Below, one piece after another: positions 23,928-34,929 of a stretch of DNA of 44,387 nt. The stretch is from Ascoidea asiatica JCM 7603 (taxonomy: Eukaryota; Fungi; Ascomycota), in NCBI GenBank assembly GCA_001600695.1, contig BCKQ01000003.1:212052-256438 (forward strand). Direction: 5' to 3'. The notes below the pieces were generated by a model. The model was not told where the DNA came from. It searched no databases and worked only from the letters and a program-made list of their open reading frames with translations. Position 1 is the stretch's first letter; every line of letters begins with the position of its first letter. A program made the position numbers and the translations under genes.

Positions 23928-24307
23928 GCTTTTTTTTTTTTCGGCTCTTTTGTTGCTTTCTTTTTTCTATTGTTCTTTCTTTGCTTTTCGGTTTTGTTTC
24001 CAGGTGTTGGTGTTTAATCTATAATATCAGTCAAATTACAATAAACTAAGTTATCATTTGAGATAAAATGTTTACATTCAATCAATAAGTTTTTTGAATC
24101 AATCTACTGAATCTATAATAGCAAGTTTCTAGTATTGCTATCTGTTTTACAAAGAGAACCGAGTTTCAATAAGAATTTAAACGATTTATTAGAAGTTTAG
24201 ACACATATCAAAAAAAAAAAAAAAAAAAAAGTAAAAGGAATTTAAAAATTTTTGAAATAAGATGCAATTAAGTATCAAACCATTTATTTAAACTGAAGAA
24301 AACTAAT

Positions 24308-25309
24308 TTAAAATGATAAATTAGCACCTGCATTACTTGAAACATAAGCTGCAACAGCTGAAGAAGATTTCAAAGTATATGAATAAGACATGCTGACACT
24401 AGCTGAGTCAATATCAGCAGAAGCATCACCGAAATCATTACCTGAAGAAGAAGCTGATCCAGTACCATCAACTGAGTATAATGGTTTATCAGCATCAACA
24501 AAAACGTTACTTTCAACTAAAGCAGTTGCACTTTCTCTGACATTAATACAATCGCTCATACTATTATAATAGTTATTGTAAATATGTGCAGTACCGAATC
24601 TTAAACTTGGACCTCTTGAATTTAAGTTTTTGAAATAATTATAAGCATAGGTAACAGTTAAATGTCCAGTATCTTCAGAGCTGTTACTGTCTGAATGTCC
24701 AACTAAAGAGGCCTTGTAATGATCATGTAAGTAACAATTGGAAATAGTAACATAATCTGAAGCATGAGTAACATCCATTAAACCATCATAGTAATCTTTA
24801 CCATGACTAGTATCAGAAGACATTTCACAATGATCAATCCAAACATTAGTTGATTTTTGAACTGCAATTGCATCAACGGGAGCTAAACATTTGGCAATTG
24901 CTAAATTTCTGATAATAACATTTGATGCACCTTTAACTCTTAAACCAACACCAGTTAAAGTAATACCTGAAGATTTACCTAAAATGGTTTTATCTGAAGT
25001 AACCGGAACTGCTTCATCACCAGAAATTGATTTAGTAATATAAATAATATAACTACCTGATTTTTTGGCATAAGTTTTTAAATCAGCTAAAGTACTAACA
25101 GAAACAGTAGTTCCACCAGAACCACCAGTAGTACCACCATTTAATGAGGCATATCCAAAAGCAGTGTCATCACTTCTTTTTTCTAATAATTCTTGTTGAT
25201 ATCTTTTAGCTAATTCAGCTTCTTCACCATCAATTGGAATTGCACTTGTCATAACACTTGAAGTGATAATTGTTGCAAATAATGCTTTTGCAATTGTTGT
25301 AAAAATCAT
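24308..25309 (-). CDS. plyA: Secreted pectate lyase, polysaccharide lyase family 1 (fungal PlyA-like)
   Basis: Signal peptide, propeptide with KR sites, GYASLNGGTTGG, NVIIRNL, VWIDH, DGLMD and SRGPSLRFG (RxPxxR) motifs. Confidence 0.93.
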   Translation of the reverse strand: MIFTTIAKALFATIITSSVMTSAIPIDGEEAELAKRYQQELLEKRSDDTAFGYASLNGGTTGGSGGTTVSVSTLADLKTYAKKSGSYIIYITKSISGDEAVPVTSDKTILGKSSGITLTGVGLRVKGASNVIIRNLAIAKCLAPVDAIAVQKSTNVWIDHCEMSSDTSHGKDYYDGLMDVTHASDYVTISNCYLHDHYKASLVGHSDSNSSEDTGHLTVTYAYNYFKNLNSRGPSLRFGTAHIYNNYYNSMSDCINVRESATALVESNVFVDADKPLYSVDGTGSASSSGNDFGDASADIDSASVSMSYSYTLKSSSAVAAYVSSNAGANLSF

Positions 25310-26645
25310 TTTGGATTTTTTTGTTTGGATTTTAATTTAATTTTCTTTAAGAAAAGATGAGAGAAATAAAGTTGTTTAGTTTGAAGGAATGACTAGAAAA
25401 TAGAATAAATATAAATTTATTTCTATTTATTTTGAATAATTTATAATTTATTCAAATTTATTATTACAACAGATAATTATTATAATTAAAATATATGGAA
25501 TAATAATGATTTTTTGATAATAAAAAATAAAAGAAAGAATATAATTCATAAAGGAAATTTCAGTCTATTTGTACTGTTTTTTTCATCATCATTTTATTTA
25601 TTATTTTCATCAATATTTGGACTAAAAAAAAATGTCAGTAAAGAAAGTGAAAAACTAATACTTTGAGTTATTAATAATTAATAAAAAGTGTATTGATTGA
25701 ATATGTGTTGATCTTTAAAAAGATGAACTAATAAGTTATTGTTGGCTTCAATTTGTTCATTGAGTATGTTATTTATCCATTCTTTCATTCATTCATTTAT
25801 TCAATAACTCATTCACTTTGGTTATTTTGTTTGCTCTCTTTTTGTTTTTTTTTCTTGAATGTATGCTGGTCTAGAACGATAAATAAATAAACCATGAAAA
25901 ACTACTCAGACTTATTTTTGCTTTGCACTATTTTAAAAAAAAAAGTTGAACTGCCTTTAGATATAAAACTCTTGGCAGTGGTAAATCTGTAACACATGTT
26001 CTAGTAACGTTAAGAAATCAATTTAAATGAAATTAAATATAAATCCAAGCAAAGTTGAACAGAAGAAACACATTTCCTTTTCAATTGAAAATTGTTAAAG
26101 CATATTTTTCTTTTATTTTTACATATTTTCAAAGGGTTTATTTTAAGTGAAAAGCAAAGTAATTGAGAAAGTTTAAGTATATTTTAAAACTATTACCGGT
26201 ATTATTTTAAAGGGTTTAACCTTGAATAGCTGAATAGCTTTCAGGGAATCCCGAAAAAAATTATTTTTTGGAGTAAATTTAGATTTCCGGCAAATGGAAT
26301 TTTTTTGTACGTAAGAAAAAAAGATTGACGATATTTAAATAAAATAAATAAACCAAAGAATATGAAGAAGCAGAATTTACGGAACTTTATAAATTCTCCA
26401 CTGCTTGACCGAATTGCAAATACAAAATGTTATTCACATTTTCCAAATACAGGGTCGACTTGAAAATTTAGCCCAGTTTTGTTGTACAAATTGTTACTTG
26501 AAACAAAAGACAAAAAAAGGGAAGATTCAATGACTGAACAATCTTCATCAGTTGAAAAATGTCCATGAAAAAGCAAATTTCTTTTTATATTTTCTTTACG
26601 AGCAAAACCAAAAAGCAAAGAAAGAACAATAGAAAAAAGAAAAGA

Positions 26646-26716
26646 TGCGTAAGCCCGGAATTGAACCGGGGGCCCAACGATGGCAACGTTGAATTTTACC
26701 ACTAAACCACTTACGC
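26646..26716 (-). tRNA. tRNA-Gly(GCC), copy 2
   Basis: Exact reverse complement of copy 1. Confidence 0.97.
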
Positions 26717-27228
26717 TGTTTCATGTCGGAAGCTAAATTAAAAAATAATAACAATAAGAAATTCTACAGCGGCCGAGCATGGAATACAAACAAAGTAAGG
26801 AGACCTACACTGTTAACTTGGTAACTATGAGCAATACCTAACAAGGAAGTAAACACAGCAAGTAACAATACAATTGATACGTTACTGTTAGCTTTTCCTT
26901 ATTATTGGAGAAAAAAAAATTAAAGAAAAAAAAGAAAGAGAGAGATTTTATTAGTCTATCAACGAGTCTTATGCTTAATGAATTGTAAAAAGTAGAGAAA
27001 ATTTGAAGAAAAGATAGGTCGAGAGAAGCTCTGATACTTTTATTTCTTATTGAATTGTTAATTGAAGAAGAAACAAAGCTGTCAATGAAATATATACTGA
27101 AAGTTTACCTTCTTTATAGCCCTTTTACAAATCACATTACTCAAATCACATTACTCAAATTGTCATAATAATAAGCATATTACTTGCCATTCCTTTTATT
27201 AAAAACTAATTCCAATTTAAAAAATTTT

Positions 27229-27617
27229 TTACTCATAATTATTAAAATTATAAATTATATTATCAATTTCATTTTCAATACATTTATCATATGACTTTCT
27301 TGAAAATTCTTCAATTTCACTAACTAACTTAATTTTTGTATTTGAAATTGTATTTCTTTCAATATTATTTGATTCTAATTTTTTATTTCTATATTTTATT
27401 AAATCATATTGAATATCTTTATCTGAATATTCATCAAATAATTTTTTAAAAAATTTATTTTCACACAATGGAATATTTTCAATCATTATATTAGAATTTA
27501 GTCTTTATTTTTATTATTTAAGATAATTGGATGATTAATTGATTGAAATAATTATAATTATTTAAACTGATTTTATATTTAATTTGATTTAATCTTCTTT
27601 AATATATCAGTGTACAT
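27229..27617 (-). pseudogene. Frameshifted gene relic or small ORF (85-aa open part 27486-27229)
   Basis: Coding-like 85-aa ORF, preceded by coding-like fragments in shifting frames from an ATG at 27617 (MYTDIL../RLNQIKYKISL../INHPIILNNK). No family recognised. Confidence 0.35.
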
Positions 27618-28379
27618 TGTAAATAAAGATAAAATGTAAGCCAAAACTCTTATTTATATGTGATTTCCAAGGTTTCTTGGACCTGTCTTTTATTTTCAAT
27701 ATCATTGTATATAATTGTGTTTACTCAATGTATTCTTATTCTTTCAATCATATTTTATATTTCTTTGAACTTTTCTTTATTCTATTTCATATATTCTATT
27801 TCATTTTGCTTATTTTGGAAATTAACTTTTTCAAGTCGCCAACTTTGTGGTAACATGTCTGGTCCAAGGATTATTTCGCTTACTCTGCAAACTTTCCTAT
27901 TTTGTTTTGTTTATTGGAGAAATACCAAAAAGTTTGTTAAAAAAACCCTTGTAAAATTAAAATAAAATTCAATTTGAACGTCAAACATTTCTCCAGTTTT
28001 CATTACCATTATTAGCAATAGCAATATCGATAATTATATTTGATATCAACTAAATAATATCAAAAAGTTAAGAAAATAAATTAGATTCAACATATTCAAA
28101 TCTTCAAAATCTTTTAGCGCTCAAAGCTCCAAAAATTTATTTACATTGAGAATTTGTATGAATATCTATTTCAAAATCTTATTCTTGAAATCTTGTAATG
28201 ATCAAAAAAGTAATAATCTATTTAGCAACCTATTGAGAAACTATAATAAAGAAAAAAAATTGAGGAAGTTAAAGTTGCAATAGAAACAAACTCATTAAAT
28301 TCTTTTATTTTCTAACCTTTTGTTTCCAGTTAAATATTCTTTCTCGGTTTCTTCAATTGAGATATCTGAATACATGATT

Positions 28380-28800
28380 TATAATATCATTTGCTTGTTG
28401 ATTTCAAATTAAGAAAACGCTTTATACTTTTTAATAAGTAATGATCGATTTGAAGTTTCTTTTTAGTAATTTCTCACAATTTATATTAAACTGTAAAATG
28501 TCAAATTCCATATACTCTGGACTTGAACTACCAATATCTATATTTAAAATTTTTGGCAAAACATTTATTAAAAGTCGATAATAGATCTTTGATATAATTT
28601 AGCTTTTCCTTCTTGTTTGAATGATATTTTGATATAGAACTTTTTGAAGTTTAAACTTACTCCATTTTCATAATCTTCATTACCTAAATTATCTTTCAAG
28701 TTAATCAAAAACATTCTTTTAGATTGATTTGATTTGGTTGCTTTTGATACATTTACAATCTGATTTATTGATGAGCAAAATAATGTTTAACATCTTTTCC
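28380..28800 (-). pseudogene. Possible decayed coding sequence
   Basis: Overlapping 40-65 codon open stretches in different frames (..MFLINLKDNLGNEDYENGVSLNF..; LPKILNIDIGSSSPEYMEFDIL..). Boundaries are approximate. Confidence 0.25.
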
Positions 28801-29665
28801 TTTAGCTTAGCGCTTAAATCGTAATTCTGAAAGAATATATTCTATTAAATTGCAAATGTTTTTAGACCAACAAAAATTGAAGAATTTACAGATTTTGCAA
28901 ATAGCAAAAAATAAAAATGAAAACCTTCAAAGCAGATAGTTTATAGTTTATTCATGATAATAAGTCATTATATGAGTTCAACGAAACCTTTAAATAGTTA
29001 TATTTTTGAAATAAGTTTAAACTTTTGAATAATTGTTTTAATTTTTTATGGTAAATTAGTTACTAAAAACATTTTCTTGGTTAGAACTGTAATAATATTT
29101 CGCAAAAGATCAAAATATTCAATTGTTCTGTTTCTATTAGTTAAATAAAAAAAGAACTTAAAATATTATATTTGAATTTTAATAATACTGATGTTTAGAA
29201 AATCAAAATTTCCTTCAATTTTCAATAGATACCCTACTTTTATTTTCCTTTTTCAATGAAAAATCGCGATAAAAATAATTTTTTTTTTATCTTTGAACAA
29301 TAGAATTATGATTCAACTATGTAATTATAAAAAATTTCTGCAATACATTTCAAAAAACAAAAACATAACTATTTGAAAGGAATTTGTATACATTTCATTA
29401 ACAAAGCAAAATAACTTAAAATAATAAATAAAATACTAAAGGGTTAAAAAAATAAATAAAACTAATAAATATCAAGAAAAAAATGTCATAAATATCTAGT
29501 TAATACTAGAGAACAATGAGAATGAAGTACCATTACTAATTTATACCAAAATGGTGTAGCAAAATAATATTAGATATTACCAATTCATACCAGAAAGCAA
29601 AGAGAAAAATAAAAATTAAGAGGTTATGAGAATTGAAAATTACAAGATTATCAAAAGATTGAACT

Positions 29666-30715
29666 TTATGGGATCAAAACAGCTCTATCTGAAAATCTTT
29701 TGTTTGCTAAATCATCCATAACTTTGAATAAATCATCAAATAAACTATAAGTGGTATATTGAGGTTTAACTTTACCTTGTGAAATTAATTCAAGACATTC
29801 GATTTGGTCTTGTTTACTACCCCAAAAAGAATATTGAAAACAAATTTCTTTGAATAATAAATTATTAGTTGTTTCAAGAGTCATTTGAAGTCCAGTAGAT
29901 GTTAATCCAACCATAATAATCTGTCCTTGAGGTCTAACATTGAAAGCACTAGCAGCAAGTGTTGCATTACATCCAGCAAGATCTAATACTGAATCAACAT
30001 CTAAAGGTTTATCTGTTGGTAAACTATCAATAACTTCATCTGCTCCAAATTCTCTTGCTTGTTGTCTTTGAGATTCTCTACGTGCATAACAAATAACATA
30101 AACTCCTGCAGCTTTTGCTATTTGTAAAGCATTTAATCCTAAACCTCCTAATCCAATAATTAATAATTTATGAAATCCATTAAAATCTTTAATTTTTTTT
30201 AAAGCATGATATGGTGTTAAAACAGCATCAGTTGCAATTGCACATACTTCTGGTTGATCTCTTAAGTTGTCTGGAACTCTAACTAAATCAATAATATCTA
30301 CAACAATATATTCAGCATAGCCACCATCTCTACCCATTCCATAAAATGGTGTAACTCTTGTTTGACAACTAGTTTCCATATTTGTTCTACAAAAATGGCA
30401 ATCATGACATGGTGAAACTCCATGAACTGTAAATAAAGTTCCTATTTTAAATTCATCTTTTGCTTTTATTTCAATTGTTGAATCAATTTCTATTAGTTCT
30501 CCACAAATCTCATGACCCATAACAAAATTTCCTGAAAATGGCATTTCTAATTCAGTTAAGTCTAAATCTGAATGGCATAACCCAACTGCTCTTATTTTTA
30601 ATAAAGCTTGATTGAATTTTAATTCTGAAATTGGAAAGTTTGGAACAAACTCCATTTTCTTGTTTTTCATATTCATAATGAATGCCTTTTGTGTTTTGGG
30701 TTTATTGATGGTCAT
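29666..30715 (-). CDS. Zn-dependent medium-chain alcohol dehydrogenase, secondary-ADH/carbonyl reductase (CPCR2/SADH-like)
   Basis: GLCHSD, GHE, structural Zn C-x2-C-x2-C-x7-C, TDAVLTPYHA (Asp ligand), GLGGLG and SFWG. Confidence 0.92.
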   Translation of the reverse strand: MTINKPKTQKAFIMNMKNKKMEFVPNFPISELKFNQALLKIRAVGLCHSDLDLTELEMPFSGNFVMGHEICGELIEIDSTIEIKAKDEFKIGTLFTVHGVSPCHDCHFCRTNMETSCQTRVTPFYGMGRDGGYAEYIVVDIIDLVRVPDNLRDQPEVCAIATDAVLTPYHALKKIKDFNGFHKLLIIGLGGLGLNALQIAKAAGVYVICYARRESQRQQAREFGADEVIDSLPTDKPLDVDSVLDLAGCNATLAASAFNVRPQGQIIMVGLTSTGLQMTLETTNNLLFKEICFQYSFWGSKQDQIECLELISQGKVKPQYTTYSLFDDLFKVMDDLANKRFSDRAVLIP

Positions 30716-31315
30716 TGTTATTCGTTTTTATGTTCTTTTTTTCTTGTTGAAAGTATATATTAGTTTATTGATATCTTTGAGATATTTTATTAAAAATTGA
30801 GTAAATCTAATCTAGTGAAATTTTCTTTTTTTGAACTTCGAATATTAATTCTATATTAAAGAAGAAAGAAAAAAAAAAAAAAAAGCTGGATTGAATGGTT
30901 CAAGAAGTATCCTTTTATATTATTATTTTTTTTTGAGAAGCAATCCTTTTTATTCGCTCGTAAATCCAATAAATGAAGGAAGTTATTCATTCAATCCGGA
31001 TACTTTAATAAAAGAAAAAAAATCATAAACTATCACACATCATAACTAATTTGACAATCGAGTAATTATTAGTGAACATGCCAATAATTTGATACTTTTA
31101 TTTAATATTTACTTTTTCAATAACATCAATAACTGCTATTCATTTGATCTATTTTTTTTTGAGTTCTACTGTACCTATTGTAATTATTACAATTAATTCA
31201 GTTATTGTAATTATTGTAATTATTGTAATTATTGTAATTACTGTGACTATTGGAAGTATTGTAACAATCGCTTCATTGTAACATTTGCACTACTGTAACA
31301 ACATTGGGGCAACAG

Positions 31316-31339
31316 AACAATCTTAGGCCTAAGATTGTT
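31316..31339. repeat. Perfect 24-bp palindrome AACAATCTTAGGCCTAAGATTGTT
   Basis: Self-reverse-complementary, checked base by base. Confidence 0.9.
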
Positions 31340-32040
31340 ACAATCACTTCTTTAGATAATCATCTTGAGCCTGGTTTGATTTAACTTGTTATGCTACTGG
31401 TTTTTCCATTGTTACAATATTCTCATATGTGCTCTTGATTGTATTCTTGATTGTATTCTTATATGACACTAAAAATGCCTTGAGGTTGAAACTAGCTTGA
31501 ATACCACTACAATACAGTCCGAAATAGCTGCCGATGTTCTGTCGCTATTTTACTACCTCAATCAAAATTTTCAAAACTTTAAGGTCAACTGAACTTTTGT
31601 GAAAAAATTATTTCTTATCAACAAAAGAATAATTAATATAAAATTAGCGATAGCTTCCTAAATAATAATTAATACATGGGGAATTATGTGAAAGGAATCG
31701 ATAGATAATTATTTGTTTGGTCCAGCCCCTCAATTTTCTCAGGCTTTTATATATAAATTAAAAATGAAAATTAATGAGAAAAGTTTAAAAATAAAAAGGT
31801 TATAAAGGAAATATGAATTGAAAAGTTAGAAGATACTAGTAATCATTTAACAGTTTATTATTTAGTATTTAGAGATTTGAATACAAATATAAAAAAAAAG
31901 AGAACAAGAAAATTAAAGTAATCTATACAAATTACAATAAGTAGCACTAAAGGAAAAAAAAAAACAGAGAGAAAGCTCTTGCTCAAATGCTGTTAAAACT
32001 TTTAATTACTTTTAAATTCACGAAATATGAACAATTTTTT

Positions 32041-33417
32041 TCATAGAGAAACATTTGCTAATAGATATTCTGCGTTATCAATAAAGATTCTTATAAATAA
32101 TTTTTGTAAATGATAACTTTCTTCATAATTCATGTTACATTTGTTTGAAGCATTATTCGAAACCATCGAATTTTCCTTTTCATTAAAATTATTTGATCTT
32201 GATTTATTGGAATGTTTTGTCAATCTTAAAAAATCCAAGATCTTTGAACTTCTTAATGATAAGATATTTGAATTGATTTGATTTTCATTTTTAGGATTCA
32301 TTACAGGTTCATTACTATTAATAGCATCATTTAAACAAAAACAAGGATGAAAAAACCTAGATAAATCATGAGAATTAGTTTTAGAGAAATTATAAACTTG
32401 ATTTATATTATATTTGTTACCTGTTTTAATTAAAGAATTTGAAAAATATGAAAAGAAATCTATTAAATATATTAAAAGATATAAATTTTCTAAATTCATT
32501 ATAATATGGTTTGATAATAAAATTATTGAATAATCTAATAAAGATTTAATTTCTTGCTTTAAATAAATATTTAAAGAATAATTTTTAATAAAATTCAAAG
32601 GAATTGAATTATTTGAAAATACTTTTGATAAATAAACTAATCCTGAACAATTTTCTTTTAAAAAAACAGAAATTTTTTGTGAAATTATTAAAGGTATAAT
32701 TGAATTTGGTAAGTTAATTAAAAATTTATGTAATAAATTAGTTATATCATAAATTGTAATATCTTTATTTAAATTTTTATTGATAATTGAATCAATTGAA
32801 ATATAAGTATTTATACTTGATGAAGTAAATTTATATTTAAGAAATTCAATATTTGCATTATTTCCCATTTTATTTAAAATTGAATTTTGTAAATAAAATT
32901 CGTTTTGAATTAAATAATCTATACAAGACTTAACAATATAAGGTACCTTAATAGGATATTGAACTTTATTAGTAGTTTTGATAATATTAATAGAAATATT
33001 AGTGGTATATGGAGGAGGAGGAGGAGGAGGAGGAGGAGAAGAAGAAGAATAAGGAGGATAAAAAATAGATGAATCGAGTGAAGATTTAGAATGATCAGTA
33101 TATAAAGAATCAATAACCATGATTTCATTATTTGAAATAGGTAAAGTATGTTTCAATGGTACATTGAAAAAAAGTATATTATTTGTATCTTTTGATTGAT
33201 TATTAAAACTTGAAGTTAGGGAAGAATGACTACTAATAGGATTACAAATATCACCATTACAACTATCATAAAAGTTATCTAAAGTATTTGAACCTGTTGA
33301 TTTAATAGTTGAACTTGAAATAGATGTTAAACAAGAAGAATTATCTGAGCAGTAATTCAATTTTTCATCATAAAAGCTGTTCTCAGGTTGAGTAAATCGC
33401 ATTTCATGTTGGTTCAT
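32041..33417 (-). CDS. Divergent RhoGAP-domain protein (Sac7/Bag7-like), arginine finger apparently missing
   Basis: VPYIVKSCIDYL, IYDITNLLHKFLINLPNSIIP, NLYLLIYLIDFF and DLSRFFHPCF follow the RhoGAP block order; poly-Pro tract upstream of the domain. Confidence 0.72.
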   Translation of the reverse strand: MNQHEMRFTQPENSFYDEKLNYCSDNSSCLTSISSSTIKSTGSNTLDNFYDSCNGDICNPISSHSSLTSSFNNQSKDTNNILFFNVPLKHTLPISNNEIMVIDSLYTDHSKSSLDSSIFYPPYSSSSPPPPPPPPPYTTNISINIIKTTNKVQYPIKVPYIVKSCIDYLIQNEFYLQNSILNKMGNNANIEFLKYKFTSSSINTYISIDSIINKNLNKDITIYDITNLLHKFLINLPNSIIPLIISQKISVFLKENCSGLVYLSKVFSNNSIPLNFIKNYSLNIYLKQEIKSLLDYSIILLSNHIIMNLENLYLLIYLIDFFSYFSNSLIKTGNKYNINQVYNFSKTNSHDLSRFFHPCFCLNDAINSNEPVMNPKNENQINSNILSLRSSKILDFLRLTKHSNKSRSNNFNEKENSMVSNNASNKCNMNYEESYHLQKLFIRIFIDNAEYLLANVSL

Positions 33418-34858
33418 GTTTTTTTTGTTTTTTAATTATTATTGAATATATTTCTAATATTTTGAAGTTATTGAACTGATTGACAATATTTGAAAAATTA
33501 ATATATTTAAATTATAAAGAAATTACAATGCTTTAAATGCTTTTTTTCAGGATCAGATATGAATTTATCCAATCTTATTTAAAAAAAATAAAAATCAACA
33601 AATAATAAACAAAATCTAATAAAATAAATGATTGATTTAAAATAATTTTCTACTTTTTCCTGTTCTAAAACTTTAACTACCCGTAAGTAAGGTTCAATAT
33701 TATTACAACAAAATCAATCCAATTCAAAAGGTCTCTTTGTTTTTTAGTGTAAGCATTGAACATGTTATGAAATGAATGAATAATTTCCTTAGTTTTGGTC
33801 ATTTTAAAATAAATTTGTTTGGTAAACTAGTGTTAAGTATGGATCTGAGCTTATCAAATATTGAGAAACGTAATAATATTATATTGTTATGAGTAAAAGC
33901 ATTTTAGCTCGCATATCATCAGCATTTTATCTATAAAATTTCAACCAGAAAAACAGATATTTTTGATGAATTAATAAAAAGAATTACCCTACCCAAACAA
34001 CTCAGAATCACAAAGCAAGTTGAAGCCACGTGCCCGTTTGGGCTAGAAGCTGTTCACAAGCCTCACTTTCCATTTGAAAGGTCTTTTAAGGAGGGGGCTG
34101 AGCAGTGTCATCTGCAGTATCCTAAATTATGCAACTTTCTGCTTGAAAATTTGAATGAGTATCATATAAAAAGGACCCTTTAAATGGATACGCAAATAAG
34201 ATTTAAAATTAGAAATTAAGACACTCAAAATCCAATTTTAACTAATCAATAATACTCCTAGTTGAAATCATAGAGGCAGTAAATAGTAAATGAATTTTCA
34301 TTTATAATCTCAATGTTTTTTTGAGATTTTTTTTAATCTATGGTTATATTTCAATATTTAACTTATTGACAGTTTTTTTTTATTGAATTTACCATATATA
34401 AATAAACTTATCTCAAGCTAACTTTTAATATTATTGATTTTACACTGGCTTGATTTGAAAGCAGTTTTCTTAATATGTATTTATTTCAGAAAGTGAATCC
34501 AAGTTTTCTTTATTTAAAATATATGTCGATATTATACAGTCCTTTAAAATCAAAAAAAGGTTTCAATTTTTTTTTTTCATAAAAAAAACAAGTATTAAAA
34601 GTTTCGATTAATGAAATTCTCAATTTTGCACTTTTGAATATAAAAGCTTTTGCTCCACTTTTATTGAAACTTTTTTTTTTAATTTTCAAAATGGTTTTCT
34701 CATTTTTTAAATATAGTTTAAATAGTTTTCTTTTTTTACTTTTTTTATAAACAATCGTTAAATTAGTATCACTGAAGTTTTAACAAGTTCACAATATTAG
34801 AAATCTTAGGTTTTATGGGTAAAAAAGAAAAGAAACCAAAGAGCAAAAAAAGAAAAGA

Positions 34859-34929
34859 TGCGTAAGCCCGGAATTGAACCGGGGGCCCAACGATGGCAAC
34901 GTTGAATTTTACCACTAAACCACTTACGC
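34859..34929 (-). tRNA. tRNA-Gly(GCC), copy 3
   Basis: Identical to copy 2. Confidence 0.97.

Noticed and set aside
23849-26702. ORFs 23849-24049 and 26430-26702 sharing FLFSIVLSLLFGF
   Set aside because: They overlap the tRNA genes; the shared peptide only reflects the duplicated non-coding flank.
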